DNA of 60,166 nt, filler included, from Sphacelaria rigidula (taxonomy: Eukaryota): assembly GCA_964200075.2 (NCBI GenBank). It is 8 parts of 8 records of this genome, joined end to end, with 100 filler letters (N's around TTAATTAATTAA, not from the genome) between each part and the next. Parts side by side here need not be neighbours in the genome. Positions count along the whole stretch, not along the records: positions 1 to 7,434 come from CAXNAA020014935.1; positions 7,535 to 14,968 come from CAXNAA020014936.1; positions 15,069 to 22,501 come from CAXNAA020014937.1; 5 more parts are not named here. One strand, written 5' to 3'. Position 1 is the first letter of the stretch, and every line of letters begins with the position of its first letter. The position numbers were made by a program, and so were the translations under genes. Under the pieces are notes generated by a model. It was not told where the DNA came from, did not search any database, and saw nothing but the letters and a program-made list of their open reading frames with translations. This document shows positions 1 to 19,100 of the stretch, one piece after another.

Positions 1-2949
1 CCCGAAGCCTACTGATTATCTTGCATTTGGATGACAGCCTACAATGAGTTGCTTTCTTCTCCGGTATCGCCACTTCCAGAGACAGGCACCGCATATATAC
101 TGCCTGATGGGTGTCTCACTTTCGGGGGAGGGGGGGGGCGGAGACATGATGACGAAGAGATTGTGCGATGAAATTTTCTATGATTGATGCGCGTGGAACA
201 AAGTGCTCAAGCTGTCTTTAAGAAATTGACGACGCTGCCGGCGCACACCCGAGACACTGCACCGTATCCTGTCCTCTGTTGCGCTGAAGCTGTACCTGTC
301 TGCGCCCGTGCTTGGACGGTACGCTACGATTTGTGCGAGAAAATAACGCAGGCGATAGTAAAAACACATTTTGATTCTCACAATCGACCACAAGTTGATG
401 ACGATGCTCTTGATCGTCTGAGGCCTGTCGTGTACCGCCATCTCTCCGCGCGCAACCTGCACAGTACATATCATGCATGAAGGTATGCATTAGCCGCCAT
501 TTTCGTACCCGGTTCTCTTCCTTGGCAGAGGAAACGGAGAACATGGGTCTGGTGTGACTCCTCACTTCTCGGAACAGTTATCCAGCACTAGTATCGTTCA
601 GTTTGGCTTTGCCGTCGTGCTCCAGTGGTCCAACCAGTTCACCAATGGCCCATTGACCCTTTTGGGACTGATCTTCAATAACAAGGGGTTCACCATGTGT
701 TAGTAAAATAAAACGGTGTTTGCGCAGACCGAATTTGGGTCAGGACTTGGACTCTGTTATTCCCCCGAAGTTTAAAGTCAGTCCAAAGTCCGATGGTTGC
801 GTTTCGCTCGGTTTCGTATTTTGATAGTAGATGCTATTGGCCAACAGGCGTGACGTGTAACGTGTAACCGTCCCTCCGACAACACACACCACACCAGCCA
901 CCTTGCTGTCCGCGCAAACACTACAGCACACGCCGAGAACATGGCGAATCAACGGGTGGACAATCTGGTGTGACGGTGGTGTTATTTTGAAGTCAGCACA
1001 GCACGAAGTGTGTTGAGCACAGCTTGACACAGACAGCACTTGTCGCGTGACACCTTGGTATATGGGTTGGGCATGCCTTGTGTGCTGTTATGACGCGCAA
1101 GAAGCAAACTTTCATTATTTATGTGCGAGAACTAACAGCATAGAATGGCGCGGGAACTAAAGTTAATCTATGTCCAAGATAATCGTGATGGCCAATGGGG
1201 AAAACGGCTGGGGCAGTATCGTATGTTTAGAACGTTCGTGCACAACTACAAGGTTGCCAACATGGGGGTGTGCTGTACTATTTTGGTCAGGCTTCTTGTG
1301 TTGTACAGTATTTCTTCATTGAAATGCCTGAGCAGCAAACAGCAGTAAGTCAGGAAAGGCACGTGTTAGTAGCTACTTGATGCGACCATGAGACAACAAA
1401 TTATCAACAGTTTTTACTCAGCTAGCAGTGGTGTGAGACACAGGATGTGTGACGCAGCCTTCGTTGTCGTCCGAGCGTTGCTTCCTGTGCGAATGGCGTG
1501 CGGCAGCTAGCCCTACAGCTTTCTCAAACTCTAGGTCCCCGGTATATTTGACAGTAACTTACAGTATATTCGTTGCCTACTGTCTGTAAATATGCTGAAA
1601 GTGTTCTTTCTTCCTCATATCGCCACTTCACCCCTGGACTGTACATGAGCCCTGAGGCCTCCACCGAACTGTGTCCACAGTACAGTGACACACGTGCAGC
1701 ACACCTGGTTAATATTTCTTCATTGGAGTGTGTTAACAATGAACATTGGATCGAGATGATCTGATAGTAAGTCACCGGGACGTGAGTATGGCTTTCAATG
1801 GCGACATGCGCCCTTTTCACTCTACCTGTACACGATGCTCACGGGCACGTACGTGCACCTTCCACTCATCCCCGTCCATTCCTTGCGTTCACGTGTGCTG
1901 AGGTGCCATGGGGACTAATGTTTCGAGAATAGTGTAACTCCATAGCCGCAATGAGTGACGTTCAACCAATCCATAATTTCATGACTAATACTAGTCCATG
2001 ACGCGGACGATTCATGTACATGGGGATTATGAGGGGTGTAGGGACGCCTCCTTCGCAGTCTTCCTACAACGTGCTTCATTCGCCATGTTCTCGGCGTGTG
2101 CTGTGGAGTGTGCGCACACAGCAATGGGGCTCGTGTGCTGTGTGTCGTGCCGGGAGACCAACCCTTCGGGCCTGTCGGCCAATAGCATGTGCATCTAGAA
2201 GACCAAACCGAGGGAAGACCAAAACGGTCTTTTTTCTGCGAACTTTGGGGGGCAAATCTGCTTCCCAAAACACCGTGATGGTAGAGATCGAGCGAACATG
2301 GGATCGTTGACCAATAGAAAAGACCGAGCACAACGCCCAAATTTGGTCTCCACATCACCATAGTTGGTGGGGCCTTTGAACGCTAGTTGTTGAAACTAAA
2401 ATCGGGTTACAGTCCGATCTTGCTCTGGACTTTAAAACCAGACCCGGATTTGATCTGCGCGAACACCCTAATAATAATAAAAAGTATGGGAGCGACCTGC
2501 CCAGTCACGGCGAGGCGAAATTCATCGACCACATCCGAACGACCAGTGGGAGGGGGCTGTCGCCGGGTGTGACATCACTGCCTAGCTTGTGTGTGTACCC
2601 TGTCCCTGGTCCACAAAAAAGCCTTCGAAGCACAAGAAAGCCGCGATGGTCAGCGAGCTCTTTCCCGTTTGTTTTTCATTTACTTGCATTTTATATAGGT
2701 CCTTCCCCCATTCCCCCGACTTTATTTCGGGTCACCCTCCTATAGTACAACGTAATAATTACTCTAACACAGGGTGCTCGGGGAAAATACGGAAAAAGCG
2801 ATTGAATCTAGCAACGCCATGGAACGAGAGACGGAGCTAGAGGCATGAGTTCTGCGTATCCCTCTGTTTTAAGGTGGGTACAGCATGCAGTGACGTCGTA
2901 TGTAATCGACGGGAACGAACAAGCTGTGTATAGGCAGCTGATCTCCCAA

Positions 2950-3365
2950 AGTTTGAGAAGAGTGTTTGAGGTCATACCTAATCTACTCAAAAATTGAGTA
3001 TAATATTGAGGTCATACCCGATAGTTGAGTAGAGTCTTTGAGGTAGTACTCAATCAACCCAAAAAGTGAGTAGAGTATCGAAGGTTGTACCCAATGTACC
3101 CAATATTTGAGTAGAGTATTTGAGGCCATACCAAAGTGATACTCTATACTCGAGTATTACTGAGAGTACTTACCCAAGGTGAGTACTTGAGATCGTACTC
3201 AATTCACCCAGAATTTGAGTATAGTATTAAGGCCGTACCCAATCTACTCAAAATTTGAGTATAGTATTGAGGCCGTACCCAGTCTACCCAAAATCTGAGT
3301 AGAGCAAATACTCGGGCATTTTACCCAAGTATTCAAGAGTACATACTCTACTCGACCTGCCCCTG
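2950..3365 (+). repeat. Degenerate ~37-bp tandem array (GAGTAGAGTATTTGAGGTCATACCCAATCTACTCAAA) with a TIR-like end
   Basis: About 10 degenerate units, ending TACTCTACTCGACCTGCCCCTG. A second array lies at 4310-4620. Confidence 0.85.
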
Positions 3366-5682
3366 CATTGTTTCCACCGCTGGGTCGCCCATGGAGGAGT
3401 CAGGTGTGCGGCCCGTGGAGTCGTTCATTTAGACAATACGTACCCGACTACTCGTCTACTCGATTACCCAATGATGATGAGCAGCGTTTCGTACTGAAAT
3501 TGATGTTGCGAGGTACGAAGTATGTACTGCCATGGGTGGGGGCAGGTGAGCTGGGGCAGGTGGGTTCTTTCACCTGCACGCTTTTTTTTGTTTTTGATGG
3601 CCACCATTTCCTGATACTGATTGTAGCACGTGACGTGACGTCACTCATGTCATTGATCTGTGAAGTGATGTCACGAAGTCATATTTCGTCTACGAGCTGG
3701 GCCAGCTTCAAAGCGGATAAAAGTTGCCCACACCACAGCTTCCCCAATTTTCCGAATGAACCCGATGTGAGCATATCACCGTGAACTGCAGACTCACCTG
3801 ATGACAAAGGACTGCGTCGCTGTTCGATTGACCTCGTATTGCTGATGACGTTATTGTATTGCATAGGTTACGGGGTGCGTCTGATATGGTTCGGCGATAG
3901 CGCGTCGGAGTTTTTTCTTTTTTATGCGGTGGGTTCACGTCAGCAATCACCCCGCACTGGGTATATGTGAGGTGCAGCAGCGTCACGAAAAACGTTGCAC
4001 GCACGGCCGGCCCAATTTGACGGCTCTTGAGCTGAAATTTCACGAAGACCTTCTGCACCCAAGGAAATGATACACTCCCGGGAGCAGCTGCAGATACTCG
4101 TTTTTTCCCTGGAGTTATGACATTATCTTGTTTTTGCTAGAATTCAAATCCCCATAACTTCATTCTTTTTCTTTTATCTTACTGTTCTCGGGATGTTCTG
4201 CATGTCGATCATAATAAGCTGCTGTCAAAATTTCAGCGTCCAACTCCTAATTTTACGCCGTGCGTCGCCTGGGCGAGAAAACTACCCACTGTAGGCTAGC
4301 CCAGCTCGTACCCAGAAATTGAGTATTGAGGTCATACCCACGTGATACTCCGTACTCGAGTATTACTTAGAGCACCTGCTCATATATTGAGTATCGAGTA
4401 GAGTATTTGAGATCGTACTCGATCTACCCAAAAAATTGGTCAGAGTATTTGATGTCATACTCAATCTACCCAAAAATTAAGTAATGCATTGCGGTCATAC
4501 CCGAGTGATACTCTTTACTCAATATCACTGAGGGTACTTATCCATAAAATGAGTAGAGTATTATTAATAGAGGCCGTACCCATTCTACTCAAAATTTGAG
4601 TGGAGTAAATACGCGGGTATCCAACACACATACACATCCAGCGCATGCGGGTAATGCGCAGTCGGCGGGGAGGCGCAATCGCTCATGACATACCAGACAT
4701 GAACAAGCTTTTCCGGCAGGTGCCCATATTGTTTGCAGATCAGCGCAGACACCAGCGCATGCAAGAGAGTTCAGAACAGGCTCCAGTATATGCAGGATAC
4801 AGCCCAACACAATACTGTTGTGCAGGATTGCAGTACATAGAGACAGTACAGTACAACAGACCGTAGTAGTAGGTGGTGGAGTGTCGTTGGGTGACAACTT
4901 CCGTCTCGGCTGGGCTCGATGTGTGATGCGATTCAGTACGGTCCGACACACTCAGTGGTACAACTATACTGTAGTACAGGGCTCTAGTCAATCGCAGCAT
5001 AACTGCTATGCTCGTAGTGGAATACGGTGGGCAACTTACGGTGTCCAGCCAACTGACTGCAAGAGTGGAGAAAAGAGAAAGGCACAGACAGTACCTTTGC
5101 GCAATTACTGAAACTGCAGCTGCTGCAATTCGGTGCTGTCTAGAATTCACACTTCGAAGATACAGGTGTCTTAGCGCGACCTTTAGAGTGTAAACGCAGA
5201 AGCGGGGAAGCCACGGCTCACCGTTTAGGTACCGGTAGTCACCGGTAGGTGAGGAATTCAAGTAGTGTATGCCTGCCCTCTTCGTCGCAGCAGCGCCAAA
5301 TGTAAGATTGTTGCGCAACTACCAGCAATTTCGGAATAGAAAACAACGTTCAACTTGGTGCTGTGAGTATGACTTTATACATGAGAATAGAGGTGGGTGG
5401 ACGCATTTCGTGCTTTACACGCGCTGCTGCTAATGCTCCGTCAAATGTGACAACCTTGTCAATGATAATGAGGGCTTGATGTACTACTAGCAATCATGAA
5501 GACGCGAAAGAACAAAGGGAGAGACACACCTGGCATTCGTGCAAGCTTTGTTGCAGTGACCCACGGGATTTGACCCTGAACTAAAGTGATATAGTAAAAG
5601 ACCTGAAAAATCCAAAACAGTGTGTGTTCGAGCAGGGACGAGTAGGAAGGACGTACAGTAGAAGGAGCCAACGGCGGGTGCC

Positions 5683-6198
5683 ATGGCATGGAACGCGATT
5701 ACATACGCTGTGCTTCTGCTACCACCCGCAGCTCTCCTCCTCATGCTGTCCAAGCGCCCTAAGAGGTCAGGTATAACGTTCGAAGAACAGCGTCAAAAAC
5801 GATTAGCCGTCGTGTACGCTAGAACTGATGCCAGCACATCTACTCGCACGAGTCACTGCCCTGTCAAAAGCGTTGACGGCAGACAGCAAAGCCCGCGCTG
5901 CATTTCTTCGGGTACACGATGTTCGCCGAGGTTGCGGGTGCCTTGGCTGCGCGGGGGTGTAGCGGTGGTTGCGTTGTGCGCGTTTTTGTTGCTGAATGCG
6001 GTTGGAGCCCTTCGGCCTGCGGTCCATATGGGAACGGTTGAGCAGGCCCCGCATAGGTGCGTTTTGTGTCATGGCATGGCGGCCGAGGTGTGCACTACAA
6101 CAGTAGGTACCTCTGCGCAGAGGTACCTCTGCGGGTGCTTGGTATGCACGTTATGCCTTTGTTGGTGTGATATAGTCCACGACAGCAATTTGACATAA
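5683..6198 (+). CDS. Possible small membrane protein
   Basis: ATG-initiated 171-aa ORF with two hydrophobic stretches. No recognisable motif. Confidence 0.2.
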   Translation: MAWNAITYAVLLLPPAALLLMLSKRPKRSGITFEEQRQKRLAVVYARTDASTSTRTSHCPVKSVDGRQQSPRCISSGTRCSPRLRVPWLRGGVAVVALCAFLLLNAVGALRPAVHMGTVEQAPHRCVLCHGMAAEVCTTTVGTSAQRYLCGCLVCTLCLCWCDIVHDSNLT

Positions 6199-6489
6199 GC
6201 AATTGTCTTACATGCCTACGCAGCGTGTGAAGATGAGGTTGGACTCTTCTACCGATCGCATGCGATTCGCACCGTTACGCCCAGCGCGCGACGTCACCTT
6301 CAACCCGGAAACCACAGCGGGGAAAATGAATGAAAAGTGCCGTAATTTAGACGCAGATTGCCACTATTGATAGGCTGTTTGAGAACCACACTACCTGGAC
6401 TTGAACCCTCGTCCGCGACTCTGCATGAGCGAGACACAAACACTGCTACAGTACGTATTATCCAAGGCTGTGTTCTGTGGGATACGGTT

Positions 6490-6850
6490 CATCGTATACC
6501 CGTACCCAACAGTTCCGTGACTCTGTTAGACTGTAGACTTTCATGCCGGTATCTGACAGTTCTGCCATTTCTGGAAGATTTTCATGACCCTACTCGATAG
6601 TTCTGTGAGTCCTATAAGCCTCCCATACCCTTGCCGGGGGCACGGGTATAACCTCATGAAAATCCCCGGTTGTGGGTACGGGTTATGTGCAACCTCCATA
6701 GCCTACCCGACAAGTTCTGTAACTTCTGAAAGGCTTTCATACCCTTATCCGACAGTTCTGTAACTTTTGTAAGCCTCCCATATACCCCTACCCGAGGTTG
6801 GGGTATACATTCGTAGATATACCCGATGCAGGTACGAGCATGGGTATATA
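6490..6850. repeat. Degenerate ~40-bp minisatellite (CATACCC.TACCCGACAGTTCTGTAACTTCTGTAAG-like)
   Basis: Repeated ataccc / agttctgtaac motifs. Related sequence at 7250-7305. Confidence 0.75.
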
Positions 6851-7334
6851 ACCGGAGTCTACTCATGATCATGCATGCCGTAGTCATTACACCATTGACC
6901 TCGCATCCCTACTAAGTCGGGACTGAGCACGCCGGGTTTTCGCCGGACCAGGCTCGCAATCAATCACCACGCCCGTATATAACCTGGGGAGGTATATAGG
7001 TCCAATCCCGACCCACAAAAAATCACTTCTGTATATCTCGTGCACTGGCGGGCTACGCGGTACCGAGTGGAAACACTACACATGAGCAGCAATACAGACT
7101 GTCAGGATGGATTACCCCAGACTCGAGTGGTGGCTCGAGTGGCGGCGGTTCATCTGCGCCACCAGGGGAGTCAAATAGCAAGGTGCAGGTCATCGACGTT
7201 GATGGTGCTCGTATCCACGGTTGTGTTCTGTGCGATAAGATTTATTGTATACCCGGGGTATTTTCCCGGGTATTGCCCGTACCCGAGAATTATGTGACGT
7301 CTTCAACACTTTCACACTGGAGTGATGCCGCGAT

Positions 7335-7371
<37 letters not shown>

Positions 7372-7434
7372 ACCCCCCCCACCCACACCACGCCACACAC
7401 AAAAAAGCCCACGCAACAGACAAGACGACACGCA

Positions 7435-7534
7435 NNNNNNNNNNNNNNNNNNNNNNNNNNNNNNNNNNNNNNNNNNNNTTAATTAATTAANNNNNNNNNN
7501 NNNNNNNNNNNNNNNNNNNNNNNNNNNNNNNNNN
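7435..7534. other. Artificial contig linker 1
   Basis: 44 N + TTAATTAATTAA (stops in all six frames) + 44 N. Confidence 0.99.
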
Positions 7535-7882
7535 TGGGTGCCTCACCACTTGAACACTACGTGGAACGATCATCCCCAATGTGCGGAGTTGAGATTCTCC
7601 CACGCCGCACAACATGATCGAGCTCGATTACCATCATGGTTACCGGGGGAAAAAACGCAAGCGCGCAAAAACAAAAACGGTAATATGGCTGCCTAGCTTA
7701 CGCAGTGAGTGGCGTGTTTTACAGCGTCATCACCAACCGACGCCAACCCCATCGAGGGTCCGCCCCTACAAAGGGGGGGGGGAGGGGGGGCAAGGGCAGG
7801 GCTGAAACCTAGAGTTACGGACTTTCTTCCCAAGGTGTGGTATCCTCCGCAATCTACGAAACAGTGTACAAAGTAGACTCAC

Positions 7883-14136
<6,254 letters not shown>

Positions 14137-14549
14137 CTTTTGCAGGCACGCATTTTGAGCGCCACAGGAATGGAAACCGGGCATTGTTTGATGCATAAAA
14201 TACGCGATCTGTCCATGACACCGTATGCTGCATACACGCCACCGAAATGTTTTGAGGGTGATTGTTTTATATGTTATGTAAAAATGCATGTACAACAAAG
14301 AGTTTCTGTCGTTAGCAAAGCAAAAGCACAGCAATGTGGGAAGAGGGGGAGAATGTCCCCATGTTGCAAGACCGCTATCTCCATATCTACCAATGGCTAC
14401 GGGTCCAGCTATGTACTCTTGGTGTATTTCCAGCTACCACTGGTTTCTTGCACGACGTATAAATCAAGAGTGAATGCACTTGATTCTGATATGGCATTAA
14501 TTCTTTCTTTTCATTTTGCTTTCGTCATACTTGTAGTCTTCCCCCGTCC

Positions 14550-14894
14550 ATGATGGTTGTCGAGTAACATCATATTGTGCGGGTTGGGAGAACCTCCACT
14601 GCACGCGAAGGGGATGATCGTAAGTGTTTACGTGGTGAGATACCCTTGAGGCCATATAACCCGCGGCTGTCGCTCATATGCAAGAATACGAGTACGCTTC
14701 GGGCCGAACAATCTCAGCAGGATGCAGTTCATCCCTCATACGAGTCGCCTAACACATTACGGCGCTTCACGCTTGGTGATTGCGAGCTTCATCCGATAAA
14801 AACTCGGCGTGTTGCGTCCCGGCTCTGCAGGGATGCGAGGTCAACGGTCTCATGACGACAGCATGCGAGATCATCAGTTTACCCCCCCCCCCCC
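14550..14894 (-). repeat. Same repeat family, partial inverted copy ending in a C13 run
   Basis: gggatgcgaggtcaacggtc and cttcgggccgaacaatct are reverse complements of the family core. Other partial copies: 1-140, 6858-6970, 7535-7800, 19205-19320, 22400-22501, 45027-45100, 52430-52633, 60064-60166. Confidence 0.85.
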
Positions 14895-14902
14895 GTGCGT
14901 AG

Positions 14903-14968
14903 CAAGGGGTTCAGGTGGGTGAAGATATGGTATCAGGATTGATGTTCGCGGATGATTTTGTGGGGATT
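14903..14968 (+). mobile_element. Non-LTR retrotransposon reverse transcriptase fragment
   Basis: QGVQVGEDMVSGLMFADDFVGI, with the RT catalytic (Y/F)ADD motif. Cut by the contig end. Confidence 0.75.
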
Positions 14969-15068
14969 NNNNNNNNNNNNNNNNNNNNNNNNNNNNNNNN
15001 NNNNNNNNNNNNTTAATTAATTAANNNNNNNNNNNNNNNNNNNNNNNNNNNNNNNNNNNNNNNNNNNN
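14969..15068. other. Artificial contig linker 2
   Basis: Same 100-bp N/TTAATTAATTAA/N spacer. Confidence 0.99.
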
Positions 15069-15309
15069 GACACTTTCTACGATAGCCCCCCCCCCAAAAC
15101 CAGCTAAAAGTGTCACGAAAAAAATGGCCATAAAGCGCCTGATGTTCGGGTTCAGGCTGCATGAAGTGCCTCATTTTGGCAACATTGGCTAGAATGAACC
15201 CAAGCGTGGAAATTCCCAGCTTCTAGTTGTGCTCGGCTTTTCCCATTTCGATTTATGTGAAGATTTTGCCTCCCAACACCATGCACTTTTTAGGGGGGGG
15301 CTATCGTAG

Positions 15310-15540
15310 AAAGTGTCACGTGCCTCTCATTTTGGTGTCGCGGATTGGGTCAGCACTCCCGCACCGCGTGAACTCATGTCACACAAACCCAGCCGACTAC
15401 TTTGTTCACTCTCGCTCTCACGCTTTCCACGGTGGAAATCATACATTACGAAGAAAAAACCCAACGCGTCGGGGGAATCGAACCCCCGTTCTCTCCACCC
15501 TAATGGCTACAGTCGGACCATTACACCACCGGGGCGCGGC
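15310..15540 (-). mobile_element. tRNA-derived SINE, family A copy
   Basis: Highly similar to 12640-12860, including gggaatcgaaccc and acaccaccggg. Confidence 0.8.
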
Positions 15541-16189
15541 GGCAACCCTGCACTTACACTATACTCAATCGTCTTGCACTGGTTGCACCGCACAGTTCTT
15601 GCACACCGCGGCTGAGTCAAGTGCGATGTGGCAACGGCATCACCCCGTCTTCTTGATTGATTGATGGACTAAATAACGCTCGGGATCGGTGTACTGAAAC
15701 TCACCATACTTTTACTACCATTATTTTGGGGAATCTTGAAATCACTAAAAATATATTTCCTTCACCTCGTCAACTTCGTACGAGTACGATCACTGACCCA
15801 CACGATGCATCGCACTTGGTTTCGTTAATGGTATCTTCAGCATTAGGTATATTCTTTATGGTACAGTAAACGAACAATCCCTGTAAAACTACTATTTTGT
15901 GGTCCTTCTGCTGCATCGTTTTCACGCTCTATGCGATTGGATATCACCTGGAAAAATCATGGTGCGTGTACCGCGGGTCTGAGCGACAAAGTGAAATTAG
16001 GAAAAGTCGGAACCAAAACTTGCCCTTGGAACTGTGCGGTGCTACAGGCCACAAGGAACAGCTCCGCTTATTCAACTGTCGGTGATAGCGTACCCCGCGC
16101 AACCGACACTCAACGGAAGCAACAGGAGCACTGGTTCTATCTAAGTTGCTACAGGCGAAGGGAAAAGGAAAACTTTCGCAAGTACAGAC

Positions 16190-19100
16190 ATGGGACGACC
16201 AAGCCAAGTGAAGGTCGGACAGACCTCCAAGTTTGCAGTGTTCGATCCCGCAAACAGCAAGGTCAACCACGCCGCTCCTGCGCCGGCGGCATCGGCTTCC
16301 AAAGGTATGTACCATGCATCAATGTCGCTCTTATGGCGTAAAGATGTTCACTTGGCTGTAGCGTTCATCGACTGAGTGGTGAACCTCACGATAGCTCGCC
16401 CATGTCATCCTCTCAACCCGCAGGTGATGGCTGTGTCAAACACGGTACGGTGTTGTGCAATCTAAAATTACAATAATATTCGAGTACTGTTATGTGTGTG
16501 CAGGCAGGGGGTGGGCGAGGAGGGGGGTGGTAACATGTTGTGTGGATGTGGTCGGATGGGTTGGAGCTTTGAAGATGTGTACCTGCAGCCGCTTGTGTAG
16601 CTTTGATCGTTGCAAGCGCGGTATCGATTGATGTGCGTTTTGCTCTCGTGCTTATTCCGAGTCTTCCTATGTATCACCGTGTTTCTTGGTGGAGGTGGCC
16701 CACTGCGTTGCAGATGCAGTACCCACGTTGTGTAGGGAAAATAGAGCCGCAAATGACTCCCCTACTACAACGCCATGGCTACACAAACAGCGCTCCGCGA
16801 ACATCCGCCGTTTGATATTTTCGAGCGGAGGACAACATGAGTAGCATAAGTGCGTCGTGAGCGTGCTCGAGTCTGTAGCAACAAAATAGGATGCACGGTG
16901 CACGTCCGAATGTACGGCCATGATACCCGGGCATGCAAGACTCCTTTCAGGAGAATGAGCATGGTTGATGTGCTGGTGGATACCCCGCAGTATAGCATGG
17001 TCGTCGTATTACAGATTGTTCTGCGTGTAACGGCTTCCTTGCGAAGTAGGTTTTGTTCTGCCTACACATGCCTACATACGTGACGGACAGTTCCAGACTG
17101 TACAGACTGTACAGACAGTACCACAACAGACACGGTTTGATCTTACGGGACGGTTTTGAATATTCGAAGTTGACGTATACTTGGTAAAGGAGGCGACGAA
17201 GGTGACCTGCACTGTTGTGCTGTACCCCTCAGATCTGCGGACGCACCAGTCCGTTGGCGGCCATCGTAGCTCCATAGTAGAGTGGTACGCTCTACACCAA
17301 TATGGTGTGCTGATTTCAGCGCAAGGCCTGAGGCGCTGTTTTCGAAGTTCACACTGTCCGCTGAAGCTGAGCGTTCGTTGTGATACCAATCGCCCCGCAG
17401 GACACCGACCCGATGGTGTAATTTATTTCCGGCAGAGAAACGGCCAAGTCGCGTGTTATAGCAGCACGACGTCGTACACATCTTACCTGAAGCATCGGAG
17501 GGTTCTTCATACAGCGGTACACGTTGTGGGTCAGTGGTAGTGGGTGTTGTTTCGGAATGGTATTCCATCGCTCTCCAGTCAACATAGCCCGAGAAAAATG
17601 CCACTGCTCAACACCGTCCACCACATCTGTCCTGTGAGAGCTGCGATCATGAAAGAGTGCAACAAAAAGAACACCCACGACGACCTCGACACCGGTTGCG
17701 TTGTCTGTCACTGTACAGCAAGTACGATACTCCGTTGCCCCATTCCCTTACATTTTTTTTTGTTCCCTTGAACGGAGGAGGAAGTCTCACCCAGCCAGCA
17801 CTTACCCCGGGAGCGGATTCGTGTGCCGATTACCCCAAGACTCGCCTACACCGCCTCGCGACCGTCATGTAGAGTAGGCGCCTCCAGCGTTCGGAACGCT
17901 TCGCTTAAGGCAGCGTGGGGGTCGAACTCAGTGAAACCCCCCGTCGACTTGGCGCAGTTCACGCGTCGCCCGACTCTCATGAGCTTCGGCTCTGGATTTC
18001 CTCACATGTGAAAAGGTGAACCCCGTATAGTAACACGGTGCTGATTTTTTTCATTATTATTATTGCTCATCGTACCACCAAACCATGTGTGTGTGTGTGT
18101 TCAGGAGCGGATGTCCAAAACGGCAAACGCGAAAATGGAAGAATCACGGAATCGACCGGGCAGTTGATCCAACAGAGCAGGGGCAAAATCGGGGGGGAGT
18201 TCAAGGTGCAGGTGAGCACGCGAACCGAGAACTCCAGTACTTTTGCTATCACGTATCTCGCCCCGTTCCACACTCTGGATGATGGCAATGGGCATCATCA
18301 CAAAGTGTACTGCCGCGGTGGCGTCTATGGCAATTGACGATATGTTCTATGCCGTACGCAGCACATATTTTTTTTACAGTGTAATATTTTGTCATCATCC
18401 ACGGTGTGCCCCATTTCCTGAATTCTGTCTCCATGATGTTGTCCGTCTGTCCACCTGTTTCATCCATATATATACATATATATATATACTGGAGAAAACG
18501 ATTCAGGCCTTGCGTGTTATTTGCCTGTTGACTCCCATTATAGGTGATGCAGGTCCTGCTCCTACTCTGCATCAACTGCAACTATCACCTGCTGACGTTT
18601 CTTTTTTTTCTCCCTGTTGCTCGATCTTAATGCTGCTGTCGGTCACACGGTCTCAAGGCAAACCCGGCGTTCCTGAAGGCCCGAGCGTCGAAATTCGACG
18701 CGATTGCCTCGAAGCAGAAGGAGAAATTGGCGGCGAAGCCGAATGTGGAAATAACCATCATGCTTCCTGATAAGACGGAGAAAAAGGGCGTTTCGTACCA
18801 GACCACTCCCATGGATATCGCTAAGGTGACCCGAAACTTCCACACGTCGTACAGGTCATGGTCCGTCTTGAAATTACTTGTTCACAGTATGCTGATCCGG
18901 ATCATGATCCGGATCACCTGACCCCCCGTTCTCATGTGTGCTCCTTACAGCGCCGGACGTCGAGCACGCCGAGTAGCGCACAGGTTGCGTTTTGGCTTTC
19001 CTGACTCCGCGGTCATATATTTTGTGCTCTTGGACTAATATATTCGAGAGTCTTCTTTGGTTGGCTGTTTCGGACAGAACACGATCTGTCCGATGTGTCG

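Noticed and set aside
2950-3365. CRISPR-like ~37-bp periodic repeats
   Set aside because: Units are degenerate and directly tandem with no unique spacers, there are no cas genes, and the context is eukaryotic
17770-18040. RNase P/MRP, SRP RNA or HDV-like ribozyme
   Set aside because: A GAGGAAATCC motif is present, but I found no P4 partner, SRP helix-8 motif or nested pseudoknot
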